64,000 nucleotides of DNA from a virus. The DNA is taken from positions 11,363-75,362 of the IMG/VR virus record IMGVR_UViG_3300033512_000125. One strand, written 5' to 3'. A program made the position numbers and the translations under genes. Shown here in pieces: positions 35,841-44,532 of this stretch (its first letter is position 1; each line of letters opens with the position of its first letter). Below the pieces are notes generated by a model. That model was not told the origin of the DNA, ran no database searches, and was given only the letters and a program-made list of their open reading frames with translations.

Positions 35841-36845
35841 ATGAGTTTTTCTCCAATAAACCAAGAAGATATACAAATAAGTTCTGATTCCGTAGTTTCT
35901 ACATTATGGAGTAATGACCAAACCGTTTTAACTAATATATATAAAAAAAATACAAACACAACAACATATTTACCTGTATATAACTCAAACCCAGACTCAG
36001 ACACAAACTCTGAAGTTCAATTTACCATAAATTATGGGAACATAAATGGTTCTGGTTCTTCTCCAATAAACAGTTTAGTTGCTGAAGCTACCCCAACAAG
36101 AATGTTTTATGGTCAAATTAGAACTCTTATTAATGGGGATGAAAATACAAAGATAAATTTTGGAATAGGAAACCAAGAAGCTGAAGATTTTTACCTTTTA
36201 AATATAGAAAGAGCTAGATATAAAGAAAAGCTATTTTTAAATACATTTAATATAAAATTAAGTAATTCTTCAAGTTCTTTATCACTAACTAATAATAGTA
36301 AAGATTCAAATAATGTTAATTATTGTGATGCAGGAAGAATATTTGATATAGTTAGTGGAAGTAATGGTCAATCTATTACTGGTGGTGGATTAACAGTATC
36401 TGGTTCTTATGGTAAATTTTTACCTGATGTTGGTTTATTACTTTTAAATCCAAAATCTTTATCTCTTCCATATATTAGTGGTGGATTAGGAATATATATT
36501 GATCCAAATTCTAATAATAATGCATTGGATAATAATAATAATACAATGTTTGATCTAATAAATAGTGGAAGTTATTTCTCATTAAATAGTGAAGAAACAA
36601 TAACATCAGATTATATATTTGTTAGAGTGAAAAATAATGATTTTAATTATACAACCAACCCATCTATTATAAATTCAAATGGTGAGTTCTATTATAATAC
36701 ATTAGTTAATAACCCTCAAACATTTATAACAACAATAGGTTTATATAATGAATCTAATGATTTATTAGCCGTAGCCAAATTAAGTAAACCATTAAAAAAA
36801 GATTTTACAAAAGAAGCACTTCTAAGAATTAAATTAGATTTTTAA
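35841..36845 (+). CDS. virion structural protein
   Basis: C-terminal ITTIGLYNESNDLLAVAKLSKP domain. Confidence 0.65.
   Translation: MSFSPINQEDIQISSDSVVSTLWSNDQTVLTNIYKKNTNTTTYLPVYNSNPDSDTNSEVQFTINYGNINGSGSSPINSLVAEATPTRMFYGQIRTLINGDENTKINFGIGNQEAEDFYLLNIERARYKEKLFLNTFNIKLSNSSSSLSLTNNSKDSNNVNYCDAGRIFDIVSGSNGQSITGGGLTVSGSYGKFLPDVGLLLLNPKSLSLPYISGGLGIYIDPNSNNNALDNNNNTMFDLINSGSYFSLNSEETITSDYIFVRVKNNDFNYTTNPSIINSNGEFYYNTLVNNPQTFITTIGLYNESNDLLAVAKLSKPLKKDFTKEALLRIKLDF
36726..36769 (+). repeat. 44-nt direct repeat, copy 1 (copy 2 at 39561-39604)
   Basis: ATAACAACAATAGGTTTATATAATGAATCTAATGATTTATTAGC identical in both copies. Confidence 0.95.
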
Positions 36846-36881
36846 TATCCGATATTTTAATTTTTATAATAAAATACTAAC

Positions 36882-38873
36882 ATGAGTTTTGCTTTTAAAC
36901 CGATTCCTCCATCAAATATATCAATTTATCCTTATAAGGTAAATAAAGAATATAATATAACTGATCTATTTAATGATGGAATTACTTTATATGTTGGGGA
37001 GAATATACCATTAAATCAATTAAACTTTTTTGATCCTACTAATGACGATCAAACATCAAATAATGAATACAAAAGATTAATATTCAGTTCAATAAAACAT
37101 TTATTTTACAAAAATTATATAAATGACCAACAAAACTTTATAGAATCATCATCACATGATAATTTTCTCCAATCTACATTATATTCAGGCTCATATTATA
37201 CTAATATTAGAAAATTAAATAATATAACTGGTTCTTCTTTTACTGGAATAAATAGTATATATAATAATTCTATTATATATGATGATATCTATAATTATGA
37301 TGAAAGTGTATATAATTCTAATAAAGGAACATTGATAACTGTACTATCTATAGATAAAGATATATATGGAAATGGAATTAAACCAAATACCTTTCTTATA
37401 AATACTGGATCTTATTTCATAAAAGATGATGGTGAAGGAAATTTATATAATTATATAAATTATGATAATTACGTAAATGAACAACAAACCAGAACACCAG
37501 AATATGAATATATAGGAAACATAATATACTCATTGGGGATTATAATAATAACAAACCAAAATTATATATGTATATTTAATTCCCCACCAACAGTAGTAAA
37601 CGATTATTACTCATACAAAAACATTGAACAACCAATAAATTTCGATATTACTGAAAATGATTATTCAGATTGTAGTGGTATAAATTATTCATCATTAACT
37701 TTAATTCCCATCCCAAATAATACATTCCCCGATTGTTATTTAGGTGGAGATGGAAAATTATATATAATTAATAACCAAACAAGTTATATTCCTGGGGAAT
37801 ATAAAATAGGTTATACATTACTAAGTAATAATGGATTATTAAGCAATACAGGTTCAATATGTGTTAATATAGATAGTTATCCATTAATCATAACTGAATT
37901 TTCATCTTCTAAAACATGTTTTAATTCTATAAATCCTATATCATATTCTTTTAATATATTTGGGGGGGTTCCTGAGTATTCATATTCATGGGATAATAAT
38001 ACATATAATCCAATATCAGGATTTTTAAATATATCACTAAGTGGTTCAATTTTACCATCAACATCTTCAATATATATAAAAGATTATATAGGTAATATAA
38101 CTAGTAAATCTTTTACCACATATTATGATGATATTACATATAATTTAATAATAAATAATTCCTCACCATGTGATACCCAAGGTTCCATAAATATAATATC
38201 AGAACAAGGAATAAAATTTGTAATTAGTGGTTCTTTAACAGAATATAATACAAACGAAATTAATATTATAAATACAGGTTCGTATACAGCATCAATATTT
38301 GATATAAATAATTGTAGTAAAATAGTTAATTTTAAAATAGATCAAATCCAACCAATAACATTTAATATAACATCTTCATCAACTACATGTTATGGTGGTA
38401 ATAATGGTTTTATAGAAATATCTAATATAACAGGAGGAATACCTCCATATATTATCAGTTATAATATACCATCTACACCACCTACATCATCTTCAAATAT
38501 AATTAATAATTTATCATCTAATACATATGAAATAACAATTTCAGATAATGGTGGATGTTATGTGCAAGAAGAAATAACAATAAACCAACCCATAATATTA
38601 TCAATGTCTTTAAATGATTTATATATAGATCAATGTTATTCTTCGATAGAAATAAGTGGTTCTGGTGGTATTACTCCATATACATATTCTATAATAACAC
38701 CAATGAATATATATAATTCAAATGAAGGGTTAATACCAATGCCTCAAGAAGGTTTATCTAATTATATAATAACAGCATCTATTATTGATAATAATGGATG
38801 TATAATAACATCATATAAAGAAATCCAAAGTAGAACCTTTATATATAGCGGTTCATATTGCGAATCAATATAA
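36882..38873 (+). CDS. tail/adhesin-like protein with Ig-like and SprB-like repeats
   Basis: GGVPEYSYSW, TCYGGNNGFIEISNITGGIPPY, YEITISDNGGC, GSGGITPYTYS. Confidence 0.65.
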   Translation: MSFAFKPIPPSNISIYPYKVNKEYNITDLFNDGITLYVGENIPLNQLNFFDPTNDDQTSNNEYKRLIFSSIKHLFYKNYINDQQNFIESSSHDNFLQSTLYSGSYYTNIRKLNNITGSSFTGINSIYNNSIIYDDIYNYDESVYNSNKGTLITVLSIDKDIYGNGIKPNTFLINTGSYFIKDDGEGNLYNYINYDNYVNEQQTRTPEYEYIGNIIYSLGIIIITNQNYICIFNSPPTVVNDYYSYKNIEQPINFDITENDYSDCSGINYSSLTLIPIPNNTFPDCYLGGDGKLYIINNQTSYIPGEYKIGYTLLSNNGLLSNTGSICVNIDSYPLIITEFSSSKTCFNSINPISYSFNIFGGVPEYSYSWDNNTYNPISGFLNISLSGSILPSTSSIYIKDYIGNITSKSFTTYYDDITYNLIINNSSPCDTQGSINIISEQGIKFVISGSLTEYNTNEINIINTGSYTASIFDINNCSKIVNFKIDQIQPITFNITSSSTTCYGGNNGFIEISNITGGIPPYIISYNIPSTPPTSSSNIINNLSSNTYEITISDNGGCYVQEEITINQPIILSMSLNDLYIDQCYSSIEISGSGGITPYTYSIITPMNIYNSNEGLIPMPQEGLSNYIITASIIDNNGCIITSYKEIQSRTFIYSGSYCESI

Positions 38874-38883
38874 AAAACAAAAT

Positions 38884-39408
38884 ATGCCAAATACAGGATA
38901 TATAATTAACCCATATGTAAAACAAATATTTACTTCTGGCCCTAATTCAGGATCAGGAGTAAATAATTTATTTGATATTGAATTTGATATCAGTTCCAGT
39001 TTTACTTCATCAATAGTATGTAATGATATATATAATTATAAAATATTTAACCCAATCCAATGTAATATAAGTGGGGGGTATTGTATATATCCAACAATAA
39101 TAGAAATAACTCCATTTGAGTGTACTAGATTTTCTTTTTACAGATATTCAATAGAATATAATACTAATGATGTTTCAATAGATAATAGTATAATTGAATA
39201 TAGCTTAACATCAGATTTCACAGGTGAGGTTGGTTCTACATTACTATTAAATGGGTCTGATCCTAATGCAACAATAATAGATATATCTGATGGTTTATCG
39301 ATATTACCATTAAATGGAAATATTTACATATATTTTAGAATAAAAAATATATGTATATCTGGCGATTCTATATATTCCAATATAATTTCAAGTAATTGTG
39401 TGATATGA
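38884..39408 (+). CDS. Cys-containing beta-rich protein (FnIII-like C-terminus)
   Basis: IEYSLTSDF...YFRIKNIC..GDSIYSN. Confidence 0.5.
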   Translation: MPNTGYIINPYVKQIFTSGPNSGSGVNNLFDIEFDISSSFTSSIVCNDIYNYKIFNPIQCNISGGYCIYPTIIEITPFECTRFSFYRYSIEYNTNDVSIDNSIIEYSLTSDFTGEVGSTLLLNGSDPNATIIDISDGLSILPLNGNIYIYFRIKNICISGDSIYSNIISSNCVI

Positions 39409-39680
39409 TAAGTTTTAAAAATGAATATATAATATATGAGAATGAGATCAAATGTATTATCGGAGAGAATGAATTTAATTATTCGCAAAATCCAACATTA
39501 CAAACAGGTTCATTTGGGGAATTAAAAGAATTTGCTCAAGATCCTAATTTTACTCCATACATAACAACAATAGGTTTATATAATGAATCTAATGATTTAT
39601 TAGCTGTAGCTAAATTAAGTACCCCATTAAGAGTATCACAGAATACAGATACTATAATTTTAATAAAAATAGATAGATAA
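39396..39680 (+). CDS. structural C-terminal-type domain, paralogous to the 35841 ORF end
   Basis: ENEFNYSQNPT, PYITTIGLYNESNDLLAVAKLSTP. Confidence 0.7.
   Translation: MCDMISFKNEYIIYENEIKCIIGENEFNYSQNPTLQTGSFGELKEFAQDPNFTPYITTIGLYNESNDLLAVAKLSTPLRVSQNTDTIILIKIDR
39561..39604 (+). repeat. 44-nt direct repeat, copy 2
   Basis: Identical to 36726-36769. Confidence 0.95.
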
Positions 39681-40118
39681 ATGTGGATAGATTTACAAGG
39701 AAAAGAATATAAAGAAATAAATGATTTCCAAAATGCATATGGATTTATATATAAAATAACCCATAAAGAAACAGGAAAATTTTATATAGGAAAAAAACAA
39801 TTGGTTTTTAAAAGAAAGAAAAAACTTGGTAAGAAAGAATTATCTTTAATAGAAGTTAAACCAGGACGTAGACCAACTTCTAAATTAGTAGAAAGTGAAA
39901 GTGATTGGAAAACATATTGGGGATCTTCGAAAGAACTTTGTGAAGAAATCCAAAAACAAGGACAAGATAAATTTGACAGAGTAATAATCCAATTAGCATA
40001 TACATCAAAACTATTAACATATTATGAAGCAATGTATCAGATGAAAGAAGATGTATTGCAAATAGATTCATATAATCATAATATTTTAGGAAAAATACAT
40101 AGAAAAGATTTTTTATAA
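39681..40118 (+). CDS. GIY-YIG family nuclease-like protein
   Basis: GFIYKITHKETGKFYIGKK, WKTYWGSS. Confidence 0.75.
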   Translation: MWIDLQGKEYKEINDFQNAYGFIYKITHKETGKFYIGKKQLVFKRKKKLGKKELSLIEVKPGRRPTSKLVESESDWKTYWGSSKELCEEIQKQGQDKFDRVIIQLAYTSKLLTYYEAMYQMKEDVLQIDSYNHNILGKIHRKDFL

Positions 40119-40591
40119 TGAAAGAAATAACACGATTACAGCAACTAGCGGGTATATTAACCGAGATAAAAGTGAATAATCCAATTTTATATGCTAATAG
40201 AATAGTAATATCTAAAGATAATACAGTAGACGGTTTAGAAGGATATGAAAATTTCATAGAAGACTATGGAAATATAATAGATTTTATTACACCTATAATT
40301 TATAAAAAATATAAAGAAGGTGAAGGTATTGGAGAAGACTTAATTAAATTTATAATAAATAATATTAATATTTTAGATAATAAATATCAGTTTGGAGCAT
40401 CAGAAGACTCATGGAAAGGTTGGTTAGACCAATATAAAGATGGGATGGATTTACCTCCAAACTCATCTGGAGGAATTTTAGGAGGACTTGATTATAATGA
40501 TGAATGGTTGTATGACGAAAATATAGCAGAAATTTTTCAAATTGATGAAGATGAAATTCATGATTATTATGAACAATTTAAAACTTGGTAA
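40118..40591 (+). CDS. hypothetical protein with RLQQLAG and EIKVNNP motifs
   Basis: MKEITRLQQLAGILTEIKVNNP. Confidence 0.65.
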   Translation: MKEITRLQQLAGILTEIKVNNPILYANRIVISKDNTVDGLEGYENFIEDYGNIIDFITPIIYKKYKEGEGIGEDLIKFIINNINILDNKYQFGASEDSWKGWLDQYKDGMDLPPNSSGGILGGLDYNDEWLYDENIAEIFQIDEDEIHDYYEQFKTW

Positions 40592-40598
40592 ATAAATT

Positions 40599-40619
40599 AG
40601 GCTCTTTAAGAGCCTTTTT
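40599..40619 (+). terminator. intrinsic terminator
   Basis: AGGCTCT-TTA-AGAGCCT followed by TTTT. Confidence 0.75.
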
Positions 40620-40621
40620 GT

Positions 40622-40840
40622 ATGTTACCAACAAAAATTTCCCTTATGGCAAAATATGGTTTATTCTTAAAAGATGGAAAAGAATGTATATCTCTTTATA
40701 ATACAACAGCAGATTCATTGCGATATAAAGTTAATACAGATAACTTAGCGAGAAAGTATTTTATTACCATTAAACGTTTATCTGAGGAAGATTTTAATAA
40801 ATTATTTGATGTAAAAAGAATACCTAACTATTTAAAATAA
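40622..40840 (+). CDS. hypothetical protein
   Basis: 72 aa; AKYFITIKRL...FNKLFDV. Confidence 0.5.
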   Translation: MLPTKISLMAKYGLFLKDGKECISLYNTTADSLRYKVNTDNLARKYFITIKRLSEEDFNKLFDVKRIPNYLK

Positions 40841-41790
40841 TGGTAGATCCCATATTATTAGGATTAGTAGAATCTATTTTAGGGAAAGGTAAAGAAACTT
40901 CAAAAGGAAATTATTCTTTCAAGTGTTTTAACCCTAAATGCAGTTCTATAGCTAAAGGAAATAATAAATTAGAAATTAATTTAATACCAACGCTTAAAAA
41001 CAAAAATCCATGGAATTGTTGGGTATGTAATTCAAAAGGAACTACATTAAAATCCCTATTTAATTCAATTAAATTACCGCAATCTAAATATGATCAATTA
41101 AATAATATTTTAGGCACAACTTATAAGGTTGAAAAAGTTAAAGTTGAAATACAAGTTGAATTACCTAAAGAATTTAAACCTTTTATTGAATTAAGAAAAA
41201 CAAATATTATTTCTCGTCATGCACTTCATTATCTTATAAATAAAAGAGGAATTACATTTGAAGATATTTTAAAACATAATATTGGATATTGTGAAACAGG
41301 ACGATATAGAAACAAAGTAATAATTCCTTCATATAGTAAAGAAGGTAAATTAGATTATTTTGTTGCTCGAGCATTTATGGAAGATGATTCTCATAAACTT
41401 GATGCCCCTCAATGTGATAAAAATATAATTGGTTTTGAAAGTTTAATCAATTATGATTTACCTCTTATTATATGTGAAGGTCCATTTGATGCTATTGCTA
41501 TTAAAAGGAACGCAATACCTTTGTTTGGAAAAAATATATCTCCAAAATTAAGAGAAAAATTAATGCTTAATAGTATTAAATCAATATATTTATGTTTAGA
41601 TGAAGATGCATTAAAAAATACAATTAAGATTACAGAAGAATTAATATCTCTAGGTAAAAAAGTATATGTAGTTCGTTTACCAAGTAAAGACCCATCTGAA
41701 CTTGGGTTTGAAAAATTTAACAATTTAATCCAATTTCAAAAACCATTCACATTAATGGATTTAATGAAATTAAAAATGGAAATTAATTAA
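40840..41790 (+). CDS. DNA primase (Zn-finger + TOPRIM)
   Basis: CF..C and WNCWVC zinc site, ICEGPFDA, LCLDEDA, KDPSE. Confidence 0.88.
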   Translation: MVDPILLGLVESILGKGKETSKGNYSFKCFNPKCSSIAKGNNKLEINLIPTLKNKNPWNCWVCNSKGTTLKSLFNSIKLPQSKYDQLNNILGTTYKVEKVKVEIQVELPKEFKPFIELRKTNIISRHALHYLINKRGITFEDILKHNIGYCETGRYRNKVIIPSYSKEGKLDYFVARAFMEDDSHKLDAPQCDKNIIGFESLINYDLPLIICEGPFDAIAIKRNAIPLFGKNISPKLREKLMLNSIKSIYLCLDEDALKNTIKITEELISLGKKVYVVRLPSKDPSELGFEKFNNLIQFQKPFTLMDLMKLKMEIN

Positions 41791-41791
41791 T

Positions 41792-42583
41792 ATGAGTGAA
41801 ACCAAACCAACACTATTAAAAAACAAAAAGTATAAAAGAATTCTTGAACTAAGTGGAGACGCATTACAAATTACAACCTTAGACTCCAGATTTTACAGAC
41901 GTAACGGTAAATATTATCCATCTATAACACACGTTTTATCAGTATTTCCTAAAGGCCCTCATTATGAAGATTGGTTAAAAAAACATGGTTATACAAGTGA
42001 ACATATAGCTAAAAAAGCTGCGGAAGAAGGAACTCAAACACATGAATTATGTGAATTATATCTTTTAGGTCAAGAACTTCATTTTTTAAATGAACAACAA
42101 CAACCTAAATACAGTCCTGAAGTGTGGAAAATGTTTTTACGTTTTGTTGATTTTTGGGAAACATTTAAACCAACATTATTAGAAACCGAAGTACATTTAT
42201 TTAGTGATGAATTAAAAATAGCAGGAACTTGTGATATTGTGTGTGAAATAAATGGAGAAATATGGATTATAGATTTAAAAACATCTAACGCTGTCCAAGA
42301 AGTATATGAAATCCAAACCTCATTATATCAAAAATGTTATGAAGAATGTTTTGGTAAAAAAGTAGGTAAAACAGGTATTCTTTGGTTAAAATCATCATCT
42401 AGAGGCCCTGACAAATCAGGACAAAAAATACAAGGTAAAAACTGGCAACTTATTGAAGCTACTAGAAAACATGAAAAAAACTTAGAAATATTTACTCATA
42501 TAAGAGCTATATTTGATTTGGTAAACCCAAAAAGCGCACCAAATCATACACAATTTCCTACTGTTATCATTAGAAAAGAATAA
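41792..42583 (+). CDS. PD-(D/E)xK exonuclease
   Basis: YPSITHVL, EGTQTH, AGTCD, IIDLKTS, Q..LY. Confidence 0.85.
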   Translation: MSETKPTLLKNKKYKRILELSGDALQITTLDSRFYRRNGKYYPSITHVLSVFPKGPHYEDWLKKHGYTSEHIAKKAAEEGTQTHELCELYLLGQELHFLNEQQQPKYSPEVWKMFLRFVDFWETFKPTLLETEVHLFSDELKIAGTCDIVCEINGEIWIIDLKTSNAVQEVYEIQTSLYQKCYEECFGKKVGKTGILWLKSSSRGPDKSGQKIQGKNWQLIEATRKHEKNLEIFTHIRAIFDLVNPKSAPNHTQFPTVIIRKE

Positions 42584-42586
42584 ATA

Positions 42587-42606
42587 AAGCCCTTGAATAA
42601 GGGCTT
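42587..42606 (+). terminator. hairpin, probable terminator
   Basis: AAGCCCTT-GAAT-AAGGGCTT; no clear T tract. Confidence 0.5.
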
Positions 42607-42648
42607 AAGGAAGTAATATTTATATGTGCTAACATTAATAATATCACG

Positions 42649-43344
42649 ATGATAAATATTACAACTTCTCCTCAAATCACAAAAATTTACCTAGTAGAAA
42701 ATTGCTATGGAGACCCTAATAAGGTCTATATAGGTAAAACAAAAAATAGAACTAGACAAAATGACCATAAAATAAAATATGGTAAAGATATAATCTTTAC
42801 TTACATTGATGAAATAGAATCTCTAGAATCTAAAGATTGGAAACCATTAGAATGTTTTTGGATTGAATATTTTAGACAATTAGGATTTGAAATATTAAAT
42901 AAGAATGAAGGTGGAGGAGGATTAGGAATGATAAGTGAAAAAACTCGAAATAAAATGAGTCAATCCCATCTTGGTAAAGGAGGGAAAATGATTTTACAAT
43001 ATGATTTAAAAGGTAACTTTATTAGAGAATGGTCTAGTATTATAGAAGCCTCTCAAAATTTAGGAATAGCTAATACTACCATTTCTAATTGTTGCGTTGG
43101 TATTATTAGAAGCTGTTATAAATATGTTTTTAGCTTTACTCCTTTACCTAAAAACTACAAATATATAAAAAATCAAACCTCCTCCAAAAAAATACAACAG
43201 TTCGACATCCAAGGAAATTTTATAAAACAATGGAATAGTCTAAGTGATGTAGAAAGAGAACTAGGATTCAGAACAAATAATATATCAATGTGTTTAAAAG
43301 GAAATACTAAATCAGCTAATAAATTTATTTGGAAATATAATTAA
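42649..43344 (+). CDS. GIY-YIG homing endonuclease with NUMOD-type repeats
   Basis: KIYLV...VYIGKT, LNKNEGGGG, two QYDLKGNFIREW/QFDIQGNFIKQW repeats. Confidence 0.85.
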   Translation: MINITTSPQITKIYLVENCYGDPNKVYIGKTKNRTRQNDHKIKYGKDIIFTYIDEIESLESKDWKPLECFWIEYFRQLGFEILNKNEGGGGLGMISEKTRNKMSQSHLGKGGKMILQYDLKGNFIREWSSIIEASQNLGIANTTISNCCVGIIRSCYKYVFSFTPLPKNYKYIKNQTSSKKIQQFDIQGNFIKQWNSLSDVERELGFRTNNISMCLKGNTKSANKFIWKYN

Positions 43345-43355
43345 TATAAAATTTT

Positions 43356-43379
43356 AAGACCCTAAAAAGGGTCTTTTTT
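43356..43379 (+). terminator. intrinsic terminator
   Basis: AAGACCCT-AAAA-AGGGTCTT followed by TTTT. Confidence 0.85.
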
Positions 43380-43423
43380 ATTATGTATAAGATTCGTATG
43401 TTTATTAATTAAAAATAAAAGTT

Positions 43424-43624
43424 ATGAAAGTGAATAATCCACAGTTAAAAAATGGAGTATATAAAATAGGAAATTATAATAATATCCCTGTGTATTATAG
43501 TTCAACCCAAGATCCTAATAATATTTTAATAGGAAATAAAGGAGGGAAGAAATCATTTTATATTACAGGATTACCAAATATAAATCAAGTAAAAAAACAT
43601 ATAGTAAGTTATGAAAGTAAATAA
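43424..43624 (+). CDS. hypothetical protein
   Basis: MKVNNP...; follows the promoter variant at 43395. Confidence 0.5.
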   Translation: MKVNNPQLKNGVYKIGNYNNIPVYYSSTQDPNNILIGNKGGKKSFYITGLPNINQVKKHIVSYESK

Positions 43625-43788
43625 CCCACAAACCCACCAAAAATTTATTATTGAAAACCAAAAATGGAAAAAATTAATCCAAAAACAAATAAGTGAAATA
43701 ATAGATGACATACAAATCATTCTCTTACAGAAATAGAAGTTCTAAAACATTTACTTAAAAATACAACAGGTTCTAAATATCATAACTA

Positions 43789-44532
43789 ATGAATAAAGGT
43801 ATAATAATATTAGGCTCAGCAGCATCAGGAAAAAGTCACTTTGAAGAACAATTATATAATTATTTATATAATAAACGTAATAGACACGAATTTAGGGTAA
43901 ATCCCGATTATTATGTAGAAGATGAAGAATCTGAATATTATAATAATCCATTAAGGGCTTATAATTATGTTTACAAAACCATTCTACCAGAAATAATTGA
44001 TTTAAATGGTAATTTTATACTACAAAACACCGGAGCTAATACGAAGACTCTACGTAAAATAATTGATACTCCCAACTATCAATTTAAAGCCGTGATGGTA
44101 TATTGTAATCCAATTATTGCGTTTATACGCAATTTTTCCCGTGAACGAAAACTTCCAAAACAAGTATTATTAGAGAATTGGCTTAAAGTATATTCTCAAA
44201 TAGAAGAATATCAAGATATATTTGGGAAGGATAATATTTATATTTACGAGACAGAATATACAGAAGATGAATTATTTACTTTATATCGATATCAAACAGG
44301 ACGTATGAATATTAAAGATGGATTACTAAAAATGGATGTCGAATCTTCATTTAAAAAGGAATCTACAATTTACACTCCTGAACAAATAAAGATAAAAGAA
44401 CAAAAATTTAAAGAAATTTTAGAGAAAGTTTCAAATAGATTATTTGAATTAGAAGACGAGAATAATTATTTAGCACCGATGGGAGTTAATATAGAATATA
44501 TAAAAGAAGAATTAAATAAATGGATAACTTAG
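43789..44532 (+). CDS. P-loop kinase (zeta-toxin/AAA_33-like)
   Basis: GSAASGKS Walker A, VNPDYY, RNFSRERKLP. Confidence 0.7.
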   Translation: MNKGIIILGSAASGKSHFEEQLYNYLYNKRNRHEFRVNPDYYVEDEESEYYNNPLRAYNYVYKTILPEIIDLNGNFILQNTGANTKTLRKIIDTPNYQFKAVMVYCNPIIAFIRNFSRERKLPKQVLLENWLKVYSQIEEYQDIFGKDNIYIYETEYTEDELFTLYRYQTGRMNIKDGLLKMDVESSFKKESTIYTPEQIKIKEQKFKEILEKVSNRLFELEDENNYLAPMGVNIEYIKEELNKWIT

